Below are positions 24,301 through 37,345 of a DNA stretch of 64,000 nt, piece after piece. A program made the position numbers and the translations under genes. The notes under the pieces are model-generated. The model searched no databases. It worked only from the letters and a program-made list of their open reading frames with translations, and had not been told where the DNA came from. Origin of the DNA: Cirrosporium novae-zelandiae (Eukaryota); the NCBI GenBank assembly GCA_026023565.1, contig JAPETS010000006.1, positions 620,001 through 684,000 of the forward strand. The letters run 5' to 3'. Numbering within the stretch: the first letter of the stretch is position 1; each line of letters opens with the position of its first letter.

Positions 24301-27300
24301 TGAGTCAAACATTACGCTAGACACTCCTGAACCAACTTTACAGGAGCAAGAATCTACATCAGCTGAAGTGGTCTCGGAAGAAATTCCAAAGGAACATCCA
24401 GACTCATGTTTAGTACCAGAAGCTCAGGGAGGTGATCAGCCCGCCGAAGGGCCTTCTAAGAAAGACAAGCGCAAGAAGAAAAAGAAGCAAAAGGCCTCTC
24501 AGAACGAAACAGAGGAAACCCTGACAACTGAGGCTACCGCTCCGACTAAGACGCTTACTGACGTACCTCAAACTGACGCGCCTCTTGAAACCCCACTTGA
24601 AACGCTGGAGACTGTTCCCACTATTGATACAATTTCAACCGAGATACCAGTAGAAGCTGGCCCCTCTGAAACCGTACAGCCACAAACAGAGGCCGCACCC
24701 GCGGCTGAGACCAACGATGTAGACTTCCATATGGAGACGGCCATAGATTCTTCTGTGATAGAAGCAGCCTCTGAGGCCCAAACTGAAAGTGGTTTATCAC
24801 GTTCTGCATCCAAGAAAGAAAAGCGCAGGAAGAAAAAGAAGAAGCAACAAGCTGTGGAAGATGAGAACATAGGGAACCAACCCTCGCAGGAGGCCACAAC
24901 ACCAGGAACCCCAGCAGAAGAAGCTCCGGCTGAGAGGGTCGAGCCATCAATAGATGTTCCTGAACAACCCAAGATTACAAAAACAGAGCTGACATCAGAG
25001 ACACTCCAACAGATCGACACCACGAAGGAACAAACTCCGGCAGACGAGTATTATCAACATCAAATACCTACAACTCGAGCGGAAAATGGAGGGGCGGTAT
25101 CGCCGTTCAAGGAAGACAAGGACAACAAGGACTACCACCAAGCACCGCAAGAGCTTGAAGAGTCTAACCTTTCTGGTGCTGCTACACCTGTGCCTATGAC
25201 ACCGATCACAGATGCCTCATTCGACAACTTCAAGACTCCGCCTGCGACGCCCTCAGAACCAGTGATAGAGGCACCAGAACCCGGTCTCGAAGAAATAACA
25301 CCAAAAAAGTCCAAAACAGGCAAAAATATATTCTTACCTGGAACCCCTATGGATGATGAGTATCTAACAGCAGCGTCTGAGCATCCATCTGAATCTGGAG
25401 GCGAGGCTGCCGAATACTCTTTTGCTACTCCCGCTATTGAAAAAGAACCAATCCTTGGGCGACCTTCAACAGATGAACTGTCAACAGAGAGCGCGGCTGA
25501 GACGCCTGCAGCACCAGGTGAGCCGAGTCAAAACATGCTAGAGGAAGGCGATAAGAATAATTGGAGGTCTAATCTTGAAAAGAAAGCGGAACAAAGGCAG
25601 GAAAACGTTTCTCCTTCTGGGGAGGCTGGTAGTCATAAAGCTGCTACGCCTATCCCTGACGCCCCTGACTTCCCCGTCCCTCTTCCCAACGCCCCCGAGA
25701 ATCTACTTCCAAGTGCTTCCGACGAGATATTGCCAAGCCCCGAGACGGCTGGAAAGGGAATGGAAAGCATGGAGTATGGCATGGAGACTCCGAAAGCTAG
25801 GCCTGAGCTAAGGGATGTCGTGGAACGGGATATCAAATTACCACCGCTGGGGTCCTTGCCAGAGTATGGGCTCGTTAAGGCACCAGCAGATCAGCACTCA
25901 TTCGAACCTCCACCGGAGGAAAGTGGCTTGCAAACCCAAATTCCAGTTATATCACTTGACAAAATAATACCAGAGCATGTACAACAATCTGTTTCACCAA
26001 TAATTATGCCTGATGACCATGTATCTACCGAATCAATTTCCTCTCCTGAAAATGCCAAGGATTTAGTTGATGATCTCAAGTCAAAGTCTCCCGTTCTTGA
26101 GCCGGATGTTGAAGCTTGCTTTCCTACCCCTGTTGATATTGAGGCCCATAACGAGGCAATGGCAGTATCGAAGGATGCTGGGCATAATAAAGTTGCCTTA
26201 GAGTCCGCCGACAAAAAACACAGCCTTATTGAAGAATACCACCTCCCATATAATGTTGACCCTATGAGGCTGCTGTCACCTACTAACAATGACAGTGAGC
26301 GTAAGCAAGATATTAAATCAGGACCAAGATATATGACTGATCCGTCTGCTACTGGGGCTCCACAAACTGGGTTTGAAGCAATGGCTCAAGAACACCAGCA
26401 AAGTGCTCTTTTACATGGAGTTGAGTCTGGCCATATTGCAAGCAAAATATCCCCTACCACGGATATAGCGATGGATGAGTCTCACGTAGAGAATAAACAA
26501 CCTACCCCAGCCCAAGAACTGTCATTGATGCCAGTCCAGACTGCGGCCCCGTTCCTCGTCTCTAGATTTGGGTTCGGCGATAAAGAGTCTGTCTCTAATA
26601 AGCCATTTGAACCAATACAAAAACCTACTGAAGAGTCGGTGATGATTTCTCCTGGAATAGAAACGCTACCTGAGGCACAAGGTTCCAAAAATAAGCATAA
26701 CGAAGAGGCTGAATCCTCTTCCATGACAGCCAAGCAGAAAAAGCACAAGAGGACCAAAACGAAGGTTACTAAAGCTGCTTTCCCAGAAGGTGAAATAAAA
26801 GAAGTTGCTCCACCCAAGTCTATAGACGTCGATATGCAAGAGATACCCAGCGAAAGACCTATCATTGCTAAAATTAAAGTTCCCGAAATTGAGCAATCCA
26901 TTGAAACTGTTTCGACACCTTTGATGCCTCCATCTGAACCAATGTTACTAGAGTCCTCACCTCCAGAAAGCATCCCAACGTTGAGTGAAGCCGCTACTGT
27001 CGTCGAAGAGCCTTCCAAGCAAATAAGCAAAGGCCAAAGACGAAGAAAATCGGTTGATGAAGCTACGGAAAATGCTAAAAAAATAACAATTAGTATTTCG
27101 AGCCCAGCCACTGAAGCTACTGTGGACGATGAACGGACAGCGGTTAATAAGATTTCGAAAAAGTCAAAGAGAGGCAAGAAGGACAAGAGGGCAAAACAAG
27201 AAGAGTCCCTGCATCAAGGGTCTTCAAAACAGAGTAAAAAGGAACTAGAGATCTTGGAGGAGGACATGAATTCGAAGGCTAAGCGATTTGAGGCATTCAT

Positions 27301-30300
27301 AGATGAGGCAAAAAGTGAAGTGATTAAAAGGACAGGGAGTTCAGAAGTGATGAGAAACTTGGAGTTGCTGGAAGTAGAGATGCAAATGGAAGATGCAAAA
27401 CAGAAAGACCTTAGGAGGAGGCGGAGTGGGGAAGTAATGCGGCGGCTGGAGCTATTAGAAGCAGAAATATCAGATGAGTTCACTCCTGATGGGGACGATG
27501 ACGAAGTCAAATTTTGGGACGACGCGTACGAGGCACTTTCTTTGCCAGATATCGAACAGATACCTCTGTTAGATGACCCTGCACCGACTGATGACACTGC
27601 GGAAATTGCCTCTAGGGAGATGGATGGGGAGACTGTCCTGGGCACCCCCTCTGATAAAAAGCAGAAGAAAGATAAAAAGGATGAAAAGTCAAAAGGCAAA
27701 AGTATTCTTATCGAGTCCCAACCTTCTACTTCTGAACCATCACGGGTCGGGTTCGAATCAACAACACCAGAAACACTCCTCAGTACAGTGCCGGCAGACA
27801 AGCAACAGAGCCACACCAAAGAGTTGCCTGAAATGTCACAAAGAGAAGGGATAGCAAGTGCCATCCCATTTAAAGAATTTTCCCATCTGCGAACAAGCGA
27901 AAAGAAGCCACCCTTACCTAAGACCGCTTTGCAAGAAGTGGCTGCCCCAGAGGTTTCTAGGGAACCTGAATCTATGGAATGGACACGACAATATCACGAG
28001 AAACCAAATATTGTTCGAAAACTGTCTCCTATGGGCTTATTGATGGCCGGGAAAACGGGGAAAACGAATTCGCCAATCGCAAAAAGGGTTTCGTGGGATG
28101 GTCCTCCCCCACCCAAACAACCAAAGGATGAGAGTTCTACAAAGATATCTCCAAGTACTGAAGAAAAAGTCGTCGATCCGACGGAAGCAGGTAAAGAATT
28201 TGGCGTTGCATCATTCAGGGCTGCTATTGCTGAGGAGGCCTTGAGGGGGAAGAGTTCTTGGAATTCACAAAAGAGACATTATCAGTTAAATGAAGACGAG
28301 AGGAAGGAGGTAGTTGAAGCGCCACCTACCGTTTGCGACCACCTACCAGTCGAATCCACAATTGCTGGTAGGGAAATACTATCCCAACGCCCCGATGATC
28401 ACTCCGATGCCGTATTAGCAGAGAATCTAGGCGACGCGGTTGCTAGCAAGTCGCCCCCTTTGTCCTATGACCTACAAATCCGTGAATCTGTCCGTGATAG
28501 TTCAGACAAGTCAAGTTCAACGCTTCCTCACGATATAAAAATTCCTAGTTCTACTGATACCGAAGGCAATTCAACCAATACATTAAAAATCTCCGTCGAA
28601 CACGATCCGGCTTACAAGGTATCGGTCTCACATGATAATCAGCGCACCCTTGACGATACTGTACAATCTTCAGAAATTCAGTCCGTACCATATGTTGAAC
28701 CAACTGAAGTTTCTACTCCACATTCCCATGACCGAGAGGCCCGTATTCAGCGACAAGCTAGTCCGACTGGGTCTATTGAAGAGATCCAACTACCTTTTTC
28801 ACCTGTTGACTCAACTTCTAGACCGAGCTTCTCACAGGAGTTATTTGGATCTTCGCCGTCAACCAGAGAGAAAGCTTTAGGGGAAGGTACCTCAGAGCTA
28901 GATATTAGTCGACCCCGAGAGGTAGAAAATGTCGATGACAGCTCCAAACTAGAAGAAATCCGCTCGCCTTCGATTACAGATGAGCAATCATTTCCAGACT
29001 GGACTTCACTCCCACCACCTCGAACGAGCCTATTCGGAGGGCCCGTGATAACTGATGCTGGATCCCCAATACTCGCTGCCATGTCCCCAAAGACGCAGCT
29101 AAGTGATATAGTTTCTCCAAGGAGACGGCTCAATACAATCACAGAAACAAGTCCTGAAGAAAGCCCTACCAAACCGATCAACGAAGGTGGTGATGGAAAA
29201 TCGGCCGGGCGTAGCCTCCACAGAGTCAAGTCAACGCACAATAGCTTGAGATCGCTGAAGACAGTCTATGATCTACCACCAGCGGAGCTAGATGCGACAT
29301 TAGCAGATGATTCGATTCCCAGACTATCATCTCCAGGCATAGAGGAGCGGAGGTCAGATCGTTCCTTTGCGCAGCATGAGGCCAGAGTCAATCTCGAAAG
29401 TGAATTTCGGTCTCTGAGTCGTCAAAGTCATCGATCGGAAGAGCATCTATCGGAAAAGGGATATAAACGTCCTGATAGTGTGCTCAGCAACGAGTCGCAT
29501 CATTCTCGACGCTCAATTCAATCTCAGCTCTCTCAGCTCTCTCAGCACTCCCAGCACTCCCAGCACCCTTCTGAAACACCGTCATTGCGTCGCGTGGATC
29601 GGAGTTTAAGCGGAGACCTCCGATCGACCAATCAGGCCCAACAGGCCAAGCAAAACAAACAAACTAAAGTTCTCGCTAAATCTCGGGAAGTTCTAACTCA
29701 AGAGACGCAATTTGAACCGGTTGCTTCTTCGTCCACCTACGACCCTCTTAAAGACAAGGGCAAAGGCCGTGTCAAAGACATGGCTGATGTCTATGTAAGT
29801 TGAAAATCTCTACGCTATTTGATCTAGTCAATAGTTATCGCTAATACTTGGTTCTTCAAGGAGGGATGGGGTGATGACGCCGGCTCCCCACTTTCGCCGT
29901 CGCGACCACCCAGTATGCGACGTCGGCAAAGTTTACAAATATTAGACTTGGAACAGAAACTCGAACGACTCGCTTCTGAGAACCGTCTTCTCACTGATAC
30001 AAAATCTAAAATTCATAAACGTTTAGAGGATATCTCAAGCGCCCGCAGCCAAGATGCAAACACCACCGCAGCAGCCCTTCAAGCGCGCGACTTGGCCCTC
30101 AAACAGAAGGACTCGGAGATAAGTGAAATGAGAAAGACCTTAGAATCGCTACGGAAAGAAGTCACGCGATTAAAGGAAGTCAACGAGGATCTGAACACAA
30201 CAAATGCTAGCCTTAAGTCGGGTAATGATCGCACATTGGGCGAATTGAAGGTGGAAGGTACACATGCGGAACAGAAATGGCAAAAAGCTACTCAGGAATT

Positions 30301-31468
30301 GGAGGACCTTAGAGTACAGCACAATAAGCTCTCGAGTGGCATGGAAGAGATTGTCCGTCACGAGATCAGCGTCGCACTCGAAGCCAAAGAATCAGAGCTA
30401 CGACTCTTACGTAATGAACTCGAGATCGCCAAAGAACAAATACACACCCTGCAGGCCCAAATACTTGCCCAGAAAAATGACGATATTCTAGTTATTCGGA
30501 ATGAAGACTACTTCGAGAGTGCATGCACGAAGCTTTGTCAACATGTTCAACAGTGGGTGCTTAGATTCTCTAAGTTCTCAGACAATCGGAAATGCAAGCT
30601 GCTTAGTGAAATTGGCGATGAGAAGGTGGCTGACCGATTTGACAATGCTATTTTGGATGGGTCAGACGTCGATTCATATCTTTCGGATCGTGTCAAGCGA
30701 CGAGATGTTTTCATGTCTGTGGCCATGTCAATGGTTTGGGAATACATTTTCACGCGGTATCTATTTGGCATGGATCGAGAGCAGCGCCAAAAGCTCAAGT
30801 CGCTGGAGAAGAACCTCACCGAAGTTGGTCCAATAACTGCTGTCCACAAGTGGCGAGCAACAACCCTGACGCTTCTTGGTAAGAGGAAGGCCTTTCAAGA
30901 GCAGCGCGCATCAGACACGGAGGCTGTTGTTCAAGAAATTTATCATACTTTGTCAATCTTCTTGCCACCCCCAAACAACCTCCAACATCAGATACTGGAC
31001 TCCCTTCGCAAGGTTATGAGGCTCTCAGTTGCTCTATCGATCGAGATGCGAACACAGAGGGCAGAATACATAATGCTGCCACCCCTTCAACCAGAGTTTG
31101 ATACAAATGGAGATTTGGCGCGAAAAGTGTACTTTAATGCTTCGCTGATGAACGAGCGCAGCGGGACTACTACTTCCAACGAAGAACTCGAGAAGCAAAA
31201 GGCTATTGTGAGAATGGTGCTGTTCCCTCTGGTGGTTAAAAAGGGGAATGATCATGGAGTCGGGGAAGAAGAAGTTGTGGTTTGTCCGGCACAGGTGCTT
31301 GTGGCAAAACCAGGAAAGGAGAAGAAAGTTGTAAGGGTAGTGAGTGGGGATAGGATGTCATTGGATCACGGGACTAGGTCAGGGGTGTCCTTTGATCACG
31401 GGAATCGGTCGGTATCAAGCATCGCTCCAACAACCCTGGACCAAAGCACGCTAGGGAACATGATATAG
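12389..31468 (+). CDS. lah: Leashin (Lah), giant Woronin-body septal tether, often annotated 'involucrin repeat protein'; exons 12389-29794 and 29861-31468, 6337 aa if only this intron is removed
   Basis: The 5804-aa ORF joins in frame to the 517-aa ORF by intron 29795-29860 (GTAAGT...CTAAT...AAG). Architecture matches Aspergillus Lah: N-terminal region with EYIGVCKDCFEPG...DAPRKH, a huge disordered E/P-rich middle with periodic poly-Lys tracts, and a C-terminal coiled coil plus EDYFESAC..LCQHVQQWVLRFSK...VVVCPAQVLV domain. Confidence 0.88.
17551..17820 (+). repeat. Coding 12-nt (4-aa) degenerate tandem repeat in lah (EKQS/EKQP/ERPL/ERMP)
   Basis: EKQSEKQPERPLENIPKQPLESMPERELEKGIEKQSEKKRERPLERMPERPLEKQP. 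Confidence 0.75.
22502..22909 (+). repeat. Coding 15-nt (5-aa) minisatellite in lah, ~27 degenerate units (consensus cctgaagagcctgta; P/S-E-x-P-V)
   Basis: cctgaagaggttgta cctgaagcgcctaca tctaaagagctccta tctgaagcgccaata ... cctgaacagcatgta, with a strict 15-nt register from 22589. Confidence 0.9.
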
Positions 31469-32333
31469 GATGGGACATAGAGCATTTCGAGAATCCAGGG
31501 CGTCACACCTAGATTTATCGTCATTGCAGGGCATGGTAATATTATGGGGCGACTTTGGGTTTACAAAATTGGGGGCGTTGGACATAAGAAGGAACTGGGT
31601 GAAATTTGCTCGGATATGGAGGTAGCATTTGCTTTGTTTCCCTTGGTCATGACTGATGATGATTGCATGGATTTGTTTTCTTTTCTTTTCTTTTCTTCTT
31701 TCGAATTTTGTTTTTTTAACAAATACTCCGTACAGCGTGCATCTAATAGGAGTATCTATTAATTCAATTCCGGCCTTCTTCAGGGTCTTGTATGTTAGTT
31801 AGATTATCAAGGATTTTTTTGAGTTGACAACACCTCCCTCTTCGTACTAAATGGAGATTTAGATCTAGCAAGAACTTTACTGGATAATAGGTATAAAAGT
31901 AGTTGGATAATTGGATGAGTTTGGTGTTTATTTTTCTCAAGCTTTTTCGCTTGTCGGGTACTTTGGAAGTCAGTGATGGATCAGTGGAGCTTTGGTGGAA
32001 CCCGCATTTGGACTAGTGCTCGAGCGCATCGCTGGTCAATGACGATTGACGCAGAACCATTCAACAGCATCCATCCATTCTTAACTTCCCATGTACATGT
32101 ACATTAGCTATATTACTCCGCACAATCCCAATTTTTCATCTCCATCCATTGTTTCCCACCTATCCTCTTGTCTTAATATATATTTTTTGAATGGAGTTGC
32201 TTCCGCTATATTTCCTTCAAAGATCCAGCTTGGAGTCGGCTTCATGATAATCTTAGTATACCTTGATTCCTTTTTACATTCCTAGCATTCCAGTACTCGA
32301 GCCAGTCGTCTTTGGTTCCATCAACACGACACT

Positions 32334-35117
32334 ATGAGCTCTGCAGGACAAAACGCCCCTCCCGGCAAACTTACTCAAGGCTCTCGTGGCAATCGGCAAA
32401 CTGTCACTGGTCCCCAAAGCGACAATCCACCTCCAACCGGCTCTACGGGAGCAAAAAGTCACGTTGAGAATCCTGCATCTAGGAAGAGAAGTAGGCGTCG
32501 TCGAAGGCAGAGGAATAAGAGACTTCAATCATTCGCCGCCCCTATTGAGGAGGATACAAATGAGGAAGGGAATCAAGCCATAGGTGCCAGTCGAGAATTG
32601 CCAAATATCCCTCAAAACGGCTCTGCAAGTGGTACCTTCTACAGATTAGGACCCAGTGCTAGAATGAGTGCTACAAGTCTTGAGAGCGAGGCTTTGTTGG
32701 ATCATCGGTATGTGTCATAGTGCAGACTTCCTTGTTTCTCAGTGTCAGTATACTGATGAAATATCTGTCTACAGAGAACAACAGCCTATGCGCCTTCGGC
32801 GTGACAGCCAGTCCAGGCCAAGTATATTTGGTGCTCGCCCAAGGAGCCATGATGTGGGTACTCAGTTCACCGATCCATTCACATCCAATGACTCTCTCCA
32901 GCGCCGCCCTCGAACAATGGGAGCACAACAAGCAGAAGAACCATCCTCAGATGAAGAATGCGAACCAACAAATGATAGAACACCTTTATTATCCAAGTCT
33001 TTCACCGAAAGAGCGGATTCAACTGGTCGTACATCATTCGGTCTGTTTGGAGTCCCAAGAAGAGACACCGGAACGGGATCAAGACAGCGAAGACCTTCTA
33101 TAACAAATTCAACATCGAGTCTGCGACCGAAGTCGGTCTCAACATCAAGGGAACAGGATGCTTACGATATCAACAATCCGCCCTCGAGGCCGGGCAGCCC
33201 CAGGCTTGGAATTAAGATGTCTTACGATGATGCCCTTGTCACAAATGATATCCCTGCCTCTCCTCAGGACATGCGCTCCTTGCGTGGAGACGTTCTGATC
33301 AATATTGGTGAAGACCGTCCAGATAGCAGGTCCTCTACAACACCTCCGAAAGAGGCATTGGACCATCGACGGCATACCATTGCAGTTTCTGCCGAGGAGG
33401 ATGTCTGCTTTCCACAGGAAGACATGTCTATGATAGGAGAGGAGGAATCACGGTATCAAAATGGGTCCACAGCCGCTCCCCGAAAGCGACAACGTAGAGG
33501 CTGGCCCGACCTCTCTTTTCTTGAGGAATGGAGTCATGAAGAAAAGGAATCACGGAGTGACCTAATAAAGCCAAAGACTGTCAACGAACCTATCACTATT
33601 GGCGGACGGCTTAGGCCATCAAAGACTGAATGGCATCGCGTTGAAGAGGATGCGCCATATCGGTTCACCTATTTCAATGAAAATTTTGATAGCACCATTC
33701 ATGCTCAGAATCTATGTGAATTGTTACAAGAAGGGCAGACTTTCCAAGATTTGTTTCTTCCAGAGCCACCACTCCTGACAGATGACTCGTCTGATGAGGA
33801 GGAAGACTCGGGCCATCAGGGTGCTGGTGTTCCGCTAGATCACCACATGTTCAGTCCTGTTCCGTCAAAAAATGGGACCCGGCAATCATCCTCAGTTGGC
33901 GCGACAAGGTCTGAATCCTTGAAAACTGATTCAAAGTCCGAACTTCGAAACGGTTCTGGGACAGCAACCCCCAGCAATGATCAACCGTCAAATGAGCAGA
34001 AACAACGGTACGGCGATCGACCAATGTTTTGGTTAGATGTTTTGTCACCCACAGATGCAGAAATGAGGGTCCTTGCCAAAACCTTTGGAATACATCCCCT
34101 AACAGCTGAAGATGTCATGGTTGAAGAAGCTCGAGAGAAGGTGGAATTATTTCGAAATTATTACTTTATCAATTATAGGTCGTTTGAGCAGGATGAGAGT
34201 AGTGAGGACTACATGGAACCAGTCAACTTCTACATCATTGTATTTAGGGATGGCATTCTTACATTCCATTTCTCCCAATCACCACATCCTAACAATGTGA
34301 GGCGCCGTATTCGTCAGCTGAAGGACTATCTTGTTCTGAATTCTGACTGGGTCTGCTTCGCCATTATCGATGATATCACGGACTCCTTCGGACCTAAGAT
34401 TCATGGATTAGAAGAAGAAGTTGATGAAATCGATGATGTGATTCTAGAAATGCATGCTGAACCCAAAGAACCGAATCTCCATGGCTACAAAGACAATCCA
34501 AAGGGACGGAAATGCGCCGCAGATGAAAAACGCTCCGAGTATGGTGATGATTCTCACGACGGTGTCGACATGCTTCGTCGTGTAGGTGCAGCCCGCAAAA
34601 AGGTCATGAAGTTTTTTCGACTCCTGGGTAACAAGGCCGACGTCATCAAAGGCTTCGCCAAACGCTGCAATAAACAGTGGGAAATGGCCCCTCGGTCGGA
34701 TATCGGATTGTACTTGGGAGATATCCAGGACCACGTTTTGACCATGACAAGTAATTTGTCTCATTTCGAGACACTCCTAGGTCGCTCACATTCGAACTAT
34801 CTAGCCCAGATTAGCATTAAAATGAACGAGAGACAGGAGGCCACAGCAGATGGGCTGAATAAGCTGACGGTGTTGGGAACGATTGTACTACCTGTAAGCA
34901 TTTCAAATATGAACATTCCTGACTCGCCTATCTTCAAATGGAAATGCTGATGTTTTATTACCAGATGAACGTAGTTACCGGTCTCTGGGGAATGAACTGC
35001 CTCGTACCGGGCCAGGATATTGAGAACCTGAACTGGTTCTTTGCACTCACCGGCGCACTGATACTATTCGGCCTCACCTGCTACCTTGTCGCCAAGAAGG
35101 TGTTCAAGCTCATGTGA
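32334..35117 (+). CDS. CorA-family Mg2+ transporter (Alr1/Mnr2-like); exons 32334-32707, 32775-34893, 34965-35117
   Basis: FWLDV..PT, FGIHPLTAED, EKVELFRNYYF, IGLYLGDIQDH, and last exon MNVVTGLWGMNC (GMN signature) plus a second TM. Introns 32708-32774 and 34894-34964 are canonical. Confidence 0.92.
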
Positions 35118-35982
35118 GATAGCTGATCAGCCTCGGTTTTCATCAAAGACCCAAACCAAGCCTTAAAATGAATGTGTCCTAGGTAGGGTAGTCTCAAGGG
35201 TCGCATGCATGGTCAAAGAAGAAGTTGGAACTGGATATGAGTGCTATGTAAATTGATATTTGGGTGGATATTGTAACAAGGATTGGGTCGGATCAGGTCA
35301 GGTTGGGTCTAGGCTAACTTTAATAAAAGCCAAGGCTCGGAGTTTTATACATGTATACACAATACATGGAAAGGATGGAAAACAACAGCACTCGTTATTA
35401 TTTGTTGATTGGTCTAGGGGGGCACATCTGTTCATATGGGTGTTCCCTGGAATATAGAAAGGGATCATCTTGAGTGCAAAGAATACGAACGAAAAGTTTT
35501 CTTTTTCGTTCCTGCTGGTGGGCTTTTTTTTCATACGCTAATAATAATCTAGATATATATAATATATTTATACATTCTTTGAGACTAATTAACCTTTCTA
35601 AACAAGCTATTTAGATTATATATTTTTTTGGTTGGATTGTAATATGGATTATCCCATGGATTTTGGTATCTATTGCGTTGTAGCTTCAATCCACCTCCCT
35701 CAACGGAGAGTAGGCAGCTTTCGGGACTCTTAGGAAATAACCAATCATTATTTTAATTTAACGGAGAGAGTATGGATGGGATGTTTGTCAGTAGCTCTCG
35801 CTCCTTGGGGCCTCCTTGGCTACCTATCATTTAATTATAAGGAGATTGATATGGTCATACTTGATGTAGAATATCTAGTTATCATTCTACTTACAATGTT
35901 CGACTACATCCTGCTAGCTATGGGCTACCTATCGCCTTGAACCAATAAGGGGGTTCCTTCCTCGAAGTTTTCTGGTGTGTAA

Positions 35983-36703
35983 TTAGATATCTTCGCACAA
36001 ACGGCCAACGAAGGTCCAATAATCAGTAGCTTCACGCATAGCCAAGATTAAATCACCGGAGAGATCTTCGTGCTCCCTCGCGATCGCTGCCCATTCCTCG
36101 CGCGTAGTACTTCTATCAACAAACTCATGCCCATATTTAACCATTATATTGAGAATGAAGCGTCGGAGAGCTGGCTTTTCCGATGTTGTATTAGAGTAGA
36201 CGTGGGAGATAATTGATGGAGTAAGAGAAATTAAGGGTTCATCCTTATCTTGCATGTAGTGGCAGAGACACCTAAGCATTTCCTCTTGGAATCCGTCTGC
36301 TTGAATTCTGTGTCCCAATATCCAGCCACTAATGAACATGGTCCAGGGAGGGCCTGGTTGAGGCCAATACGACTTCATCCATTGTTTGTAGGTAGCTTCA
36401 CGGCATTCGCACCATTCGAAGTAGCTATAAACCACAAATAGGTAGAACGGATTCGGGTTTTCGTCATACAACTTCACTATTTCTTCATGACGGATCATTA
36501 TATTGAAGAATAAAGATGCCTGGCAAATCGGAGACGGGTGAATCCAATATCTTTTCCTTGCCTCGCCTAGGCCGACGATTACTTCAATTGGCTTCTCGTC
36601 TAGGAGGCTAAAATAGTTAGAGACATATCACACATGAAGATAATTGTCAAGGTCCTTACTTGATGAGGTTTCCCGAGATCTTATGATTTGTCTCAAGCGC
36701 CAT
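35983..36703 (-). CDS. Divergent BTB/POZ-domain protein; intron 36659-36608
   Basis: Spliced MALETNHKISGNLIN|LLDEKPIEVIVGLGEARKRYWIHPSPICQASLFF...VKLYDENPNPFYLFVVYSY, then ISHVYSNT...ALRRFI, typical of fungal BTB proteins. The 3' end is uncertain. Confidence 0.65.
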
Positions 36704-36967
36704 AATTCAAAGCTTGACGGGGGGCTATAGTATTTGAGTTATAGTAAAACGAGTGAGATAGAGTGGGAAATGCTGAGAAGTAGAAGATAGACAAGTAGAA
36801 ATGAGAATAGCAATGAGAAACATGGAGCTATATATATGAAAAGAACAAGGCAGTCTTCTCCAGTCATCTCCACCTTCCCCCAAGTCCAACGATCACGATA
36901 GTCGTTTTTTGTACAGTACAGTACAGTCATAGTAGCCTTAGGATTTAGGAAGGAGGGAGGGGGGGGA

Positions 36968-37029
36968 TATTATTTGTATTATTTGTATTATTTGTATTAT
37001 TTGTATTATTTGTATTATTTGTATTATTT
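36968..37029 (+). repeat. Tandem repeat (TATTATTTG)n, ~7 copies, after a G-run, between the divergent BTB and COX15 genes
   Basis: Directly visible. Confidence 0.9.
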
Positions 37030-37345
37030 AGACTATAAGCTATAGGCTAGATTTCGTCCAATGGAAATTGAGGATTTTAATATTTGCAATCCGGGATGGC
37101 GGATCATCCATACTCCACAGTCATATGTTTTTCCACCTTCTACTCACTCACTCTTATACAATAGATATATCAAGAAGACCACCATAACTCTCCTCTCCTT
37201 TCGAAGGCTCGGGGGAATTCAATATGCTTTATTCAGCACTAATTTAGCTGGAGACAATTGAACACCATCTCCCATCAATCTCACTGCCGTCGGAACCCGC
37301 CCGGGTTCTCCGCATCGGTAAAATTGTGTACCTCGACTACACACC

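Noticed and set aside
14971..29241. Many 100-290-aa antisense ORFs within lah
   Set aside because: They are the expected shadow of a long E/P/K/S-biased reading frame; the products are S/G/F-rich with no motifs.
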